Positions 27,880 through 41,161 of a DNA stretch of 64,000 nt are shown piece after piece. Source of the stretch: Octopus vulgaris (taxonomy: Eukaryota); the NCBI GenBank assembly GCA_951406725.2, contig OX597828.1, positions 9,548,001-9,612,000 of the forward strand, given 5' to 3'. Position numbers and translations under genes: made by a program. The notes beneath the pieces were generated by a model, which had not been told where the DNA came from, ran no database searches, and saw only the letters and a list, made by a program, of their open reading frames with translations. Numbering within the stretch: the stretch's first letter is position 1; every line of letters starts with the position of its first letter.

Positions 27880-28440
27880 CAATGAATTTTTTTTTTAGCG
27901 TTTCAGTACAGGTAATTTTATATTTCACGTTTTATTAGATACGCAGTGAAACAATTTAGGATCTTGAATATCAGGTTGGAAAAATAAAGTGTTTTGCACG
28001 TGATTTTGGAGATGGTATATTTGGAAACTGAGACTGGCTGTCAGTTCCTGCATTAGTATTCTCAATTATGCTGTAGTATGGGACATGCCTCTCGCGGATT
28101 TTTGCATATATATGAGAGTATATCACACTATTCGGCGTTCAAGAGAGAGTAGTGACCCAGAGCTTTCATACGTTCCCAGTTAAAAACGCATAGGACAGAA
28201 GTTGTTTTATTGGTGAACGTTCATTCACTTTCTTCTATGAGACAAGAGTTTAGAGATCAATAGTGTGCGCAATAATCTAATCTGCTCGGAACTAATGCTT
28301 TCCATAGAGTCAGTATAACTACTGGTTTATTTATTATGATGCTGCGTGGATCTATCTTATTTGAATGTGCATCTGGAGGTCAGTGCGGTGATGTATCGTT
28401 TGACATGATTGCGCCAAAGTCCCGGATGTCATAAGTACTC
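27880..28440 (-). mobile_element. CR1/L2-clade LINE 3' ORF2 fragment
   Basis: VVILTLWKALVPSRLDYC and WERMKALGHYSLERR..IY are typical post-RT motifs of this clade. Confidence 0.75.
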
Positions 28441-28884
28441 AGGCACTTTGTCTCATATAATGTCAGCTAATATATACCTGTGTATGCATGTATGTGTATA
28501 CATGCATACACATATATGTAAGTGTGCTTGTGTGCGTGCGTGCGTGTGTGAGTGTGTATACATATGCACATACATATATAGGTGTGTGTGCCTGTGAATG
28601 TATGTATATGAATGCTACACACAGAATCTCAATTTTTGTACAAACTGATGTTAGGAGAAATCCATTAGGGCTAGTGTGAGGAAAACGGGCCACTAAATCG
28701 AATAAAAAATAAAATGCATAGAAAATACTCTTGCTATTTTAAATGTTATAACATGCCCACATATTTCAGTAAATCGACATCAAGTTTATATTAGTGTTTG
28801 ACAAGAATGCATAGTTTTCTTTGTTCCCACCTTCAGCATTCTTCACGATAAATACTAAAAATAGCGTAAAGTTCGCTCTCATAC

Positions 28885-28925
28885 TTATCCTCTTTCTGCA
28901 AAGCTCCCATATCAACAATGGTGCG
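28885..28925 (-). CDS. Candidate 41-nt exon (RTIVDMGALQKED/K), phase-compatible with 26599-26848
   Basis: Acceptor cactttacactgcag| and donor |gtatga; the phase-2 junction restores a Lys codon. Confidence 0.25.
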
Positions 28926-28969
28926 CTGCAGTGTAAAGTGACTGAATACGAAGTTGTATGATATTAAAA

Positions 28970-29850
28970 ATGGTTTCAAGTTTTGGCACAAGGCCAGATA
29001 TTTGGGGGAGGGGTTTAGGCGATCACATCGACCCTACTGTTTAACTGGAACTTATTCTATCGACCCAAATCGACCTCAGTAAGCATGGACAATTTAAGTA
29101 AGCATGGTAGAATTTTGGCCAGCGTGTCAACGATTCTGCCAGCTAATAATAGAGGATAGAGAATGTCCATGCGAATTAGACGGTGAAAGCCACACCCCAT
29201 CTGACATAATGAACCAGACATCAATATACGAGCCTATACATTCACAAGCCTTGCATATATATATATATATATATATATACAGTCAAGCTCAGAAATAAAC
29301 ACAAACTGACTGGGACTGAATGGTGACCATTTCAACAATTGCCACAACAACAACAAATATCTTAAAAATGCTTTCGATTTTGGTACAAAGCCAGAAATTT
29401 TAGAGCAAGGTAAATTGCCTACATCGAGCCATTGCTCAACAGATATTTATTCTTTTCTACTCTAGGCACAAGACCCGAAATTTCATGGGATGTGACAAGT
29501 CGATTACATCGACCCCAGTACACAATTAGTACTTAATTTATCGATCCCGAAAGGATGCAAGGCAAAGTCGCCCTCGGTGGTATTTGAACTCAGAACGTAA
29601 AGACAGACAAAATACATATTTCTTTACTAACCACAAGGGGCTAAGCACAGACAGGACAAACATGGACAGACAAACGGATTAAGTCGATTATATCGACCCC
29701 AGTGCGTGACTGGTACTTATTCAATCGACCCCGAAAGAATGAAAGGCAAAGTCGACCTGCGCGGAATTTGAACTCAGAACGTAGCGCCAGACAAAATACC
29801 GCTAAGCATTTCGCCCGGCGTGCTAACGTTTCTGCTAGCTCGCCGCCTTC
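28970..29850 (-). mobile_element. Stack of about four SINE family A copies or fragments, same orientation
   Basis: Repeated gtcgattacatcgacccc / ggcaaagtcgacc..gaatttgaactcagaacgt motifs at ~28970-29140, 29370-29440, 29440-29610 and 29615-29850. Confidence 0.85.
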
Positions 29851-29989
29851 AACAAATTTTTATTTTACGGTTCTTGAAAGAACACAAGAGTAATTATAAT
29901 ATTTGCTTCAAATGACCTATACTTAAGCAGATGAAGTAGGTGTTCACAAATACTTTCAAGCAGTAGCATCAAGTGTAGCGCACAGCTCA

Positions 29990-31060
29990 CAATGCACTTC
30001 GTGCAATGTTAAAAGAACGTGTGGGATTTCGTGTATAGGGTTTTCCTAGATAATAATGAGTATAAGAAAACCACACTAATAGCATTGCTATCATTCCTGT
30101 ATCAATTGGACAGTCAGCAATGTACTAGCGTATCTTCCTCTAGCTTAAGTAGCTCCCATTCGTCGTGTGCAGCAAATCCCTAGTTCGATAAGTTTATTAA
30201 GATATTTGTTATTAGTTAATATAATAATTTCCGTCTCCGCTTTGCTACCTTAATCGCAAAGGTATCAACTTCAAAGGCACGGTATGGTTTATCCTAGCTC
30301 TCTGACAATTTCTGCATGTCGCTAATCTTATCTTTCAAATTCTGGATATATGAAGCCAGTAAAGGAGTTGGAGTACATATGTACAGAAATGGTTTGATTT
30401 ACGATGTACCCTGTGGCACTTGTGTAATATATGGAACTACTGGAACCTAGACAATGTCCTGGACAGAATCCAACGTTCCTAGAATCACTTCTAATACGTC
30501 AGCCCTTGAATGCCCACAGTACTCACCCTTGAGAAGTAATGTTTTCTCTAGCTATAATAGCAAATTTATTAATATAAGTTAGGTGAGATGGGCGCCATTC
30601 TTTATGTCGAATAGTATAGATGTGATACTATACTTGCTACTAAGGTTTTCAAAGGTGTGGCCTTCCCAACACTCATTACAATGACCTATTGTGTCTTCTT
30701 TTACAAGTCCTACTGCTTAGCACGTTATCATACTAGACTTCTCCACGCCAATGATATTCTTACTAATTTGCATAACGTAGATATGAAATGAAGCAAATTT
30801 AACATCTTAGTTTATTTTTCTATAAAAACATTGTAGAGTTGATCGATAACGTTATGCAATTTGGCCAAATCCTTGTAAACCTTGCTAGGTTATTTACTGA
30901 AACATGTGTACGTTTTCATACAGTTTGAATTACCAGTTAGAAGTGTCAATGTTTTTATTAATATGTTATAGAAAATCTGTTTTGTGTGTGTCTTCTAGGA
31001 TCTCGGGCATCCCCCATCCAATTGCGCTCCAATTTGATACGTAGATACCGACAGTATCAG
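29990..31060 (-). mobile_element. Highly decayed Penelope-like RT fragment
   Basis: TPTPLLASYIQNLKDKI..KPYRAFEVDTFAI (RYVDDTF-like) and KTLYTKSHT (VYRKPTHT-like), with many stops. Confidence 0.4.
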
Positions 31061-32147
31061 AGCGTGTATAAGTCTTGAAAAAATTACAAAAATCGATTCC
31101 AGGTGACAATGCGATTGATAAAGCCGTTTTTGTCCTGCTTTTCTTCCGTCAACCTGTACATAACTGCACATTCCATTTTTTGTTGTTTTTTTACTGCTTA
31201 AAGGCACGTTTCTTTCCTGCCAAGCTTACTATTTAAACCATGTTTGTGTTCTCCCAGTCAACAGTCTTATCATTACTGGTACTTTAAAATCTTCGTTTGC
31301 ATATTTGTGTGAATAAAATCGTTTTCCTTTAGAATAGAAAAAATTCAATCTTTATTTCTTCTTTTGCTGGTGTCTCAAATTTAGGTTAAATCAGTGTTTC
31401 TCAAATGGGAGGCATATCGGACGGTCGGACAATTTGTTTTGAGAAAATTTGGTTTGAATGTTTGACAACTCAGCACCGTCCATTGGACGGGGGGTGGGGT
31501 GTTTTGCTCGTACTATATATGTAAGTATATATGTACACAGTATGCACTGCATTTAGAACACAAAAAAGATATTAGACAAATATGGCATAATTTGTTACAA
31601 ATTTTGCAATAGCATCTTTGGTTTTGTGATATATTTCATTTGTTCTTTTAAAACATTCTCTCTTCCACTTCCCCTCCGTTTACTCATACACAAGAATGTG
31701 TCTTAGTCTCCTGAGTTATATTCATTTCTCTCTTAGTATTACATTCGCTGAACTCGTTATATATTTATACTGAAGCCTCAGAGCATGTTTAAGATAAATG
31801 ATTGTTTAGGCCAATGTTATAGAAAAAGTCGTCTTGGACACCAGTTCTAGAGGAATTATTAATCTGCCAGTCATCTTATACTCTTCTTATGTCACTTTCA
31901 GTTAACATCTGTTTGTTAAGAATATGTTTTTCAATAAATAATCATTCATATACGCACAACCAATTAACGCTATACAAAAATGATTATTTATCACAAATTC
32001 AGTATTAAAAGGTGAAAAGTTTATTATATGTTCATAATTTTTTTCTATGTAATTTTCCTTCCGATTTTTTCTATTTTACAGAAAGAATTCTAATGTAAAT
32101 ATACCAAAGTAGCTCAGACTTCAATAAAAATATGTATACACATATGC

Positions 32148-32190
<43 letters not shown>

Positions 32191-32700
32191 GACAGATAGA
32201 TAAAGAGAGATAAAGAGAGATAAAAATAAATGGAAAGAGAGAGAGGGAGAGGTGGGGAAAGAAAGAGATGGGACTTTAAACTTAGTTGGATCCAGTACAC
32301 AAATGGTTGATTTCTTCATAATCCGTGTATTCAATCTCCTACCTAGACCTGGTATAAATTGGTAGGAGCTAGAATACATTGGATTGATATTGTCGCTTCG
32401 TGTTCTAAACAGGTAGGCGAATAGGAAAGCTTTAATTCAAGGTGACGAAACACAGTTTCTTTAGGTGAAATTACTATCGCACCAATCAAGACAAAAAAGT
32501 GACTTGGCTACTAAGTTTTTGAAGCCCTCCCACAGCGAACGACTAATATTCTCTGGTAGCAGGAATTCACAGGTAGTATCTGAGTGCTAACACATTGTAT
32601 TTGTAAATTATTTACGTCACGCGTCTGTTGATTTCGACAATGTGAAAGGAAAGTTGATTATGATTTGTTGTAGAACAAATATAAGTGTTTTCTATTTCAG

Positions 32701-32819
32701 ACCCATATAGTTTAGTGAAAAGCGAAAAACATAATGTCAGACACAACTTTGCGCAGAAATTGCGAAGGGAGAGAAATATGCTAGATTCGAACGCTCAATT
32801 GAACTTGCTCCAGTTGCAG
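32701..32819 (+). CDS. Candidate 119-nt exon (DPYSLVKSEKHNVRHNFAQKLRRERNMLDSNAQLNLLQLQ), unknown gene
   Basis: Strong acceptor gtgttttctatttcag|; only one open frame; weak donor |gtttca or a stop just after. Confidence 0.4.
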
Positions 32820-34862
32820 GTTTCATAATTGATCGTTGATTTCGTGTAGAGTTCATCTTCTCATACAGACAGATATTGTTTTGTTTTTTACGACCTGACA
32901 AGAAGTGAAAGCGCCAGTTCAATCACTGTATATATATGTATATATATATATATATAATCCCCCGCCACAAAAGAAACGAAGAACAAAAGAAGAAAAAATA
33001 AATAACGCAGGGACTTGGTACTTGCAAAGTATTAGCAGATGCTCGGGGAAGCAAAGAAAGGTATATTTATGTTTCGAGCGAAGCTCTTCTTCAGAAGCAG
33101 AAGACAGAGAAAAGTCCAAGAAAACGGGAAGATGGATGGGAAAAATCACCAACGATCCACATGTAGTTACACCCCCCCACACACACACATATATATATTT
33201 ATGTGCATATATATGTGCCGAAATGATTCGATAAAAAAAATTTTTCAAGAGGTGACTTGTAGTGAAACGCATAAAAGCAAGTTAGATGCACAGTACATTT
33301 ATGCTGGACAAAATATGTATTATTTCATACAATAAAATATTTACATAGTCGACATGTTTCGCTCGTTAGGGATGATATTACAATTTCATGCTATCTTGAG
33401 ATGTGTTCATTCCATTTTAGTCGGAAGAAGGATATTTTTGAATGAAACAGGAAGCAAATAAATTTTAGGGGAAGTAATCAGTGATTCTTATAATTAGAAG
33501 GAAGGGAGGTAATTACTTACTATGAAGGTGAATTGATAAGACGGATATTATTTTTCAATAAACGTAGTGTCTATTCAACCGTTATTCTACATAAGATGTT
33601 TCACTGAATTGGTAAGGAGTTGAAATTTTGACCTTAGCTGGGGAATCTGCACATATCTCTGTATGAATTCGCTGAAACGTATCTGCCTATATCTTTGGAA
33701 ACGGAATGTTTACTCATGGAGCATTCTCTGTCTGAAAGATATTCTTCCTTAACCTATATAGATATGTTCACATCATGAACAAATTATGGCGTAGATTAAT
33801 GTTTGCGGACAGTCGGTCTAACTTTTGAATATGAATTCCGGAATCCTTTTCTCATATAAGATGCAGTGAACTTATAGATGAGCTCTAAGGTGTGACATAG
33901 GAACTCAACCATAAGTTCAATGTAAATTTTAGCAGAAACAGCTGTGAGGTAATGAAGTTCATTAAATGATTGTGTATTCTTTTGACATTCTTATTTTTAT
34001 AAATATATGTAAATGTGTGTGTGTTTGCGCGTGGCTGGGTGTGGATACATATAAATATATATATACTCATATAGGTATACATGCATATGGTATGTATATA
34101 TATATATATATGTGCGTGTGTGTATATATACTTGTATATATGTACATATGTAAATACTTACATACACACATATATATATATACACATACTTATATATATT
34201 TATTTGTTTGTGTGTGTACATATAAATATATACATTTACTCAATACACATATATATATACGCATATATATACACACACACGCACACACACATATATATAT
34301 ATATACATACACACACACATATATATATATAGATAGATAGAGAGAGAGATTTGTGTGTATATGTGTGTGTGTGAAGGTGTAAGTTCATGCATACATATGC
34401 ACGTGAGTCTGTAGGTACATACACACATAAATACATATACATACATTTCATTAATATATTTTTTGTGCTAATTACTGCGTGGAATATTTTTGTTAAAAAA
34501 TAACGGCCGATGTCATGGACGTTTCTTCTATGTTATCATAACGTTTTGTTACAAACTATACGAAAAGAATTTGAAAAAAAAAGCCAAACCGAAGAATGAA
34601 ATGTAGAGCACGGTTTAGAGTTACTTAATTTAATGTCTTCCAGTAATTTGAAACTGGAAAGTTTGACAAGTTTACTGTAAAGGACAAAATATAATTTAGA
34701 GCATGATATCAGCTTACACTTCAAAAAATATTCCCGATTAAGAGATTGACTGAAGCCAAAAATAACAAATAATATATTCTATTTAAATTTTCTTTCACTC
34801 CTTTTTTTTTTTTGCAATGAGTCTGAAATATAATTTTTCAAAGACACATTCTTCCAATAGAA

Positions 34863-34976
<114 letters not shown>

Positions 34977-35815
34977 TGAAAAAAGGAAGCAAAGTAAAGC
35001 AAATTCAGTTTCATTATGAAGAAGATTTGTATAGAAACAAGTAAAAATTGTACATTAGGTAGCTATGCGTATAAATAGAATAGATTGGCAATACTGTTTT
35101 CTAATGAGATGGCAAATTTATTTTATTTTCCGTAATATAAATCCAATTCAAAAAACATGCTATTCTGAAAGTCACTTGAAAATTATTGTTGATTCGGAGT
35201 TTATTTTACATATTTATTATACGTGAAACGTTTTCCTATTTAATTTCCCTTATTTTCTATTCAAACATCCAACACAATGACTTTTACCATATGTTGTTTG
35301 TAAGGTTTTTATTTATTACACATATTTCAATTTATCACCTCTCAATTCTCTATTTGTTTATTACATTGTAAATTAAGATGATGCAGATTTTAAGCCTATT
35401 TCTGTTTCCGTAGTATTCTCCATCCTTATTATTTGTATTGTATTTATTCTTTCCGAATTATATATTTTCTCTTTTTTCTAATTTGCATTTTCTACTGCTT
35501 TTTCATATTTCAATTTAAGATTTAGCATAGATAATTTCATAGAACTCGTTGGCCGTATTCGGCTGCCACTAATTTACTGTCACTTCTCCACCAATGACTT
35601 CGCAGATAATCACTAGAGACATTTGTAATCAAAAATCTAAATTCGTTTCGGACTTTTCTTTTCTTAATTTTGTTCAATTCTACTAGTACACTCTTTTCCC
35701 GTCTGTATTAAATAAATGACTTCATATTTCGTTCGAGGCATTTCTTTTACTCACTTCGTTTGATTCTTAGGTCAAATAAATACGCCCGGGTAATCAAATG
35801 TATCCCACTTTTCAG

Positions 35816-35836
35816 GAAATGACAGAATATTCAAAG
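35816..35836 (+). CDS. Candidate 21-nt microexon (EMTEYSK or xNDRIFKx)
   Basis: Acceptor atcccacttttcag| and donor AAG|gtaaat; frame-preserving length. Confidence 0.25.
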
Positions 35837-36373
35837 GTAAATACAGCTCACACACACACACAAATTATTTTTTATCCATTGAAATCAATTTAAATTAATA
35901 ATCGCTAAAATAAAAATATTGTAAACAAAAGAAATAATTTAACACTCTTTGTTTATTCTGGAATATTTAAATAGATGAAAATCCTGTGTGCATTTTCATT
36001 GAACGAAGTTAATTATATTTCTGAACTTTTTCTCCCATATTTATTTGTATCATTTTATCTTTTATTGATTTCAAAATGATATGTTCTTAAAAATTGTTTT
36101 CTTTCCAGTTCTCACCTCAGGGGAAAAGTGTCAGTTTTACTATATTTTTTTAAATAGAGTCTGCCAACATAAAACCTTACCTTAACTATTTTATGAATTG
36201 CATTGCGCTTTGTTTTATTCATTTATTATCTTCTTTGCTTCGTATTTTATTTAAAAAATTTATTTGCTAAAATAAACACAAAATAAAGGTATTATATAAT
36301 TGAGCAAGTGTGTGTATAGGTTCATATATGTAGACATGCAATATATATTATGTGTTAGCGTGTATAAAGTTTA

Positions 36374-36418
<45 letters not shown>

Positions 36419-36630
36419 TTTCTATTCTTATATAATTATCCGTAAGTATATATCCAAAGCAGTTGTTTAGTAGATATGTGTGGTAAGGGGAACCGTTTCA
36501 AACTATCCCCTTAAATTTTGAATTTTAATTTTTAGCATAGAACGGTTTCAGCTACTGATGTCTGTGTATTGTGTGTATGTGTATGTATGTGCCTTTCAAT
36601 CAATCTCTCTCTCTCTCTCACTCTCTCTCC

Positions 36631-36682
<52 letters not shown>

Positions 36683-36949
36683 ATACATACATATATATAT
36701 GTACAAATATACATATGTATAAATTACTTGTTTCAGTCTTTAGACTGCAGCCGAGTTGCGATACCGTGTTGAAGAGTGTTTAGTGGAGTGATTCGACACC
36801 AGTACTTATTTTTGTATTGATTTCTTTGCCGAATAGCTAATATCCGGGGCTGAAAACACACCGATACCTGTTTTCAAGCGGTGGTAATAACTCACACATA
36901 CAAAAACGCACACACACCCTTGTATATCAATTTCGGTGTACTAAATCTA

Positions 36950-37330
36950 ACCAGAATGTCCTAGCCGGCCCGGGGTATAGTAGGAGACACTTGCTAAGGG
37001 GCTTTATTTTATTTTCACTCTCACCCTGTGGACTGAACTTCGAAGTATGTGATTGTGAAGCAAGCTACTTACCACACACCACGTCTGCTCCTATATATGG
37101 AACCATGGGATTGCACCTAAAATGTTACCCTCCGTGGCACAGGTACGGGCAAGATTGTTTTATGGAAGACTAGTAGTCGCTCATGATATACCAGCCTCCC
37201 ATCTCCACGTCATTAATGTTATCGAAGGGAATGGTGAAGGCCGATAAAGCTTGGCATTAGTAATGTCGCAACTCATTTCTACGGCTGAGTGAACGGGAGC
37301 AACATGAATTAAAATGTCTCGCTCAAGAGC
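36950..37330 (-). mobile_element. SINE family C, degenerate
   Basis: gctgagtgaacgggagcaacatgaattaaaatgtctcgctcaagagcacac aligns to 46130-46190. Confidence 0.65.
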
Positions 37331-37428
37331 ACACACACACACACACACACATAGTGTGTGCGCGAGGGAGAGAAAGAGAGTGAGAGAGACCGAGAATGAA
37401 AGAATGAAAGAAAGACAGAAAGAAAGAT

Positions 37429-37479
<51 letters not shown>

Positions 37480-38941
37480 ACGAAAGAAAGAAAAGAATAT
37501 GTGATGAAAATTGTATGTGTATTTACTCGTTTCTCCTCCATTCAAACTTTTGTAGGTCGGCATCTGTAGTGAAGGAATGGTGAAGGTGAAGAATTCAAAG
37601 CGATAATGATATAGCAAGGAAGGAATGACAATTGTAGTTATTGAGAGCGCTGGCATTCGAATCAATGCTAAAAAGCGTGTGTCGGTAATGAGAGCGAGAT
37701 TAAGTATGAACCGACTAGCTCCGATGGATAGAGGGCATTAGAGTAGTGATGGAAAATATATTGCTGGGCAGACGCTAGTCAGTATAGTTATGATTTAATG
37801 TCAATGCATTGAGGCTTGCTCTTCATGATGCAATCCAATATGCGAAAATAGCTTCCAAATGTGGACCTTTAGAGCTGAAAAAATTTGTGGCTCTCCTGCA
37901 AAGACCTAATTTGGGGATATGCTTTTGCTTACGTTTATATTAATCTTTCACTAAAACAAATCTCAATAACTGTTAAACTCCCGATTTCCAGCGGTCTTCA
38001 TGAATTTGGTTCGGTGCCGCACATGTTTCTGTGGAAAAGTAGTATTTTCTTAGTATGAATAGTACTTGAGATTTTTTCGGTTAGAATTAACGTTAGCGAA
38101 TCTGAGGATTCTATCAAGTTCTACGATAAGGTAATAGCAACGCTGCTTCATTTTTGTGTGCGTTTTAAACGTGTGCCAGGAAACTTCTGGTGTGAAATAT
38201 GGCACCATCAGCGAAAGATAGGGTTTTGTTGGGTATGATGGAATATTATAATTAATACGCACCTGATTTGATTGAGAATGAGACAGAAAGACCTTGGTAA
38301 ATAAATATTTGCATAGTGCGATATGATATGAGGATGATAATTCTTAAGAAGAGATATTGATGAAATAATGTAGTGGGAAGTTTTTGATGGGAAGGACGCA
38401 TATCATACACAATTAAATATTACTTCCCCAGACTTCCACAAAACGATAATTCATTAATGTGCAGTTAGAGTCTAGTTGGCTGGCTCTGAAATAAAAATTA
38501 TCTACAGATGTTGAGTAAGAAAAATGTCTGGTCTACGATGCAGGGGGATGATATTGTTAAAACCTGTCTACAATGAATTAGATTGAGGAATAGTTAGCTT
38601 AGCATATGGGTAGCTTAGCATGTTGGACATCTTTTGCAATGAGTTACAGTTAAATGTTCTCCCAAAATAAAAGAGAGTGGGGTAGAGGAAGAACGAGCGA
38701 ATGTATAAGATACGCAGAGATATATCATGTATTTTTCCCGATTTCTAAAATGAAATTACAATTATTTAATCAACTGAATTTTTCCTCGACAATTTAATGA
38801 GTATGATGTGTTTAGCAAGATACATGCATACCAGTACAACAATTCTCAGGTGTGACATTTAGTGAAGTATCTAGACAATATGAGGCACGGTCTAATGAAA
38901 ATGAGGATGAGCCAGACGGGGATGATGAAAATAAAAGAAAA

Positions 38942-38949
38942 GGTAGTGT

Positions 38950-39005
<56 letters not shown>

Positions 39006-39047
39006 TTAGTAGTAGTAGTAGTAGAAGTATTAGTTGCAGAAGCAGCA

Positions 39048-39078
<31 letters not shown>

Positions 39079-39097
39079 CAGCAGCAACATCAGCAGC

Positions 39098-39151
<54 letters not shown>
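38942..39151. repeat. Interrupted (TAG)n/(CAG)n microsatellite
   Basis: Directly visible. Confidence 0.95.
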
Positions 39152-39152
<1 letters not shown>

Positions 39153-39763
39153 TACACAAGTATGAAGTGTTACTTTTGCACATGAAATGGATGAAATGAT
39201 AAAAAGTCAATTCCAGTAATTTTAAGTGAGATTACAGAAATCGTAACAAACGAGGCATGGCATGCTATCCGACACCCTCTAAGACCCTGCCCAATAGTCA
39301 TCTTAGGGAAAACAATAAAACCAAATCGAAAGGTCGTGCATGAAGCATTTAGGGAGATATTTAGTTTATTTGGTACGGAGAAAGAAAAATTTCTTCATAA
39401 ACAAAGTTACGTTACCCGAGAAAAATATATATATTTGAAGTGGAAAAATTCAATTTGATTTATTTTATTCTGCGGACGTTAATGATAGCGGTCTTCTGAT
39501 AAATGTCTGAAGACAACACCCTCCAGCGACAGATTTTAAATAGGTACGTGAAGTTGAAGTTCAGTTACCCATCAACACTATATTTATATATGTACGTTAG
39601 TTTATATGCAAGTGTTCATGTATCTATCGATTCCCCATGCCATCTCTCTCTCTCATTCTCTCTCACTTTCACTCTTTCTCTATATATAAATAAATATATA
39701 TATATACACACACACATATATATGTATATATATACATACACACATACACACACAAACATATAC

Positions 39764-39804
<41 letters not shown>

Positions 39805-40673
39805 CAGACACACTTAATATGTATGTATAAGGACGCGTGCGCGTTTCAATGTATTTGTATTTGTGTGTGTATGTATGCGGATATGCGAGTACTGGTCACC
39901 ATTGCGTGAATGTGCTTTTCAATTATTTTAGCAGTTATTCTGCGCAAATATTCAATTCTAATATTGCTGATAGCGGTCTTCAAGAAAATTTATGTAGATC
40001 TCTCCGGGCGATACACTCTTAATAATTAAATACGTTACGTATGATTACTTTACCGCGTACACACTCACACACACACACACACACGCACAAACACACTTGC
40101 ACTCACATGTGTATTTGTATGTAGGTATCATTTTTCTGCGCGCATGCGTGTGTTTGTATGCGTTATATTATTTAGAGAACACTACTGGCTCTATACATAA
40201 AAATATATTAAAACTTACAAAAAGCGAAGTGGCTTATTGAAACAGGGACCGACTCTGAGGTCTTAAGAGATACCGTTAATGGAGATGTTTATAATTATCA
40301 TCCCGTTCTATTGACACATTCTATATCTACTTAGTCCGCCTGGAATCGTAGCGTATCATGAGACATTTAGGAACATGACCGACTGCTCTTACTCATCACA
40401 TTTTTTTAAAATGTCATTTTTTGAATAGCATTTCCAGTGTCAACTGATTTGTGAAACGTGTCCAATTTTAGTATTTCATCATCACATATCTAATACAGGA
40501 AATTAAAAATACTGAAAAACATTCTAAACTCGTTATTCTGTGTATTCTCAGTAAAGCTGAACCCTCATTTTCGCAATTCATCTTTTTGTTGAAACAAATT
40601 ACATACCAACAAATGGAATACTTAAATTTTTTCATGTCAAAGGCTGATATAATCATAGATATAAGATGCATTA

Positions 40674-40921
40674 AGAGGTGTCTATCATAGGATTATCTTA
40701 CGCCGAAAGGAACAGCTAAAGACCAAACCACTAATTAGGGATAAATTCTCGAAGACAATGAAAAATAAAAACATCTACCATCTATTTTCTGGACCAGTTT
40801 CTGACATTTTTTAGCAAATAGAATAATTTGCCAGGCGAAGTCTTCGTCAATAGGTACGCCATCCATTCAAGAATTTATCCCTAATTAGTGGTTTGGACTT
40901 TAGCTGTTCCTGGACACCTCT
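40674..40921. mobile_element. MITE (Tc1/mariner/pogo-type) with TA flanks
   Basis: Ends AGAGGTGTC...GACACCTCT flanked by TA; 45-bp inverted arms at 40709-40753 and 40866-40910 (2 mismatches). Confidence 0.85.
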
Positions 40922-41124
40922 TACTGTGTTTAAATGTATGAATAATAATTTCTAAAATCTTTATTACCCTGATATTATTAATTAGATATAAGATATATAT
41001 TTTTTTTGATTGAAAAGAAATGTTATGGACAAAAATACTAAGACGAAGTAAGTATCTAATTTGGAAGAAATAGAGTGTAACACTTGTTGAAGATTTCGTG
41101 TCTATTTAAGACTCGTCAAATATA

Positions 41125-41161
41125 GGCACAGAAGTGGCTGTGTGGTAAGTAGCTTGCTAAC
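41125..41161 (+). mobile_element. 5' head of SINE family B, split by an insertion
   Basis: ggcacagaagtggctgtgtggtaagtagcttgctaac matches the start of the intact copy at 48015. Confidence 0.9.

Noticed and set aside
31392-31405. hAT-like TIR start CAGTGTTTCTCAAA
   Set aside because: No partner TIR or 8-bp TSD found.
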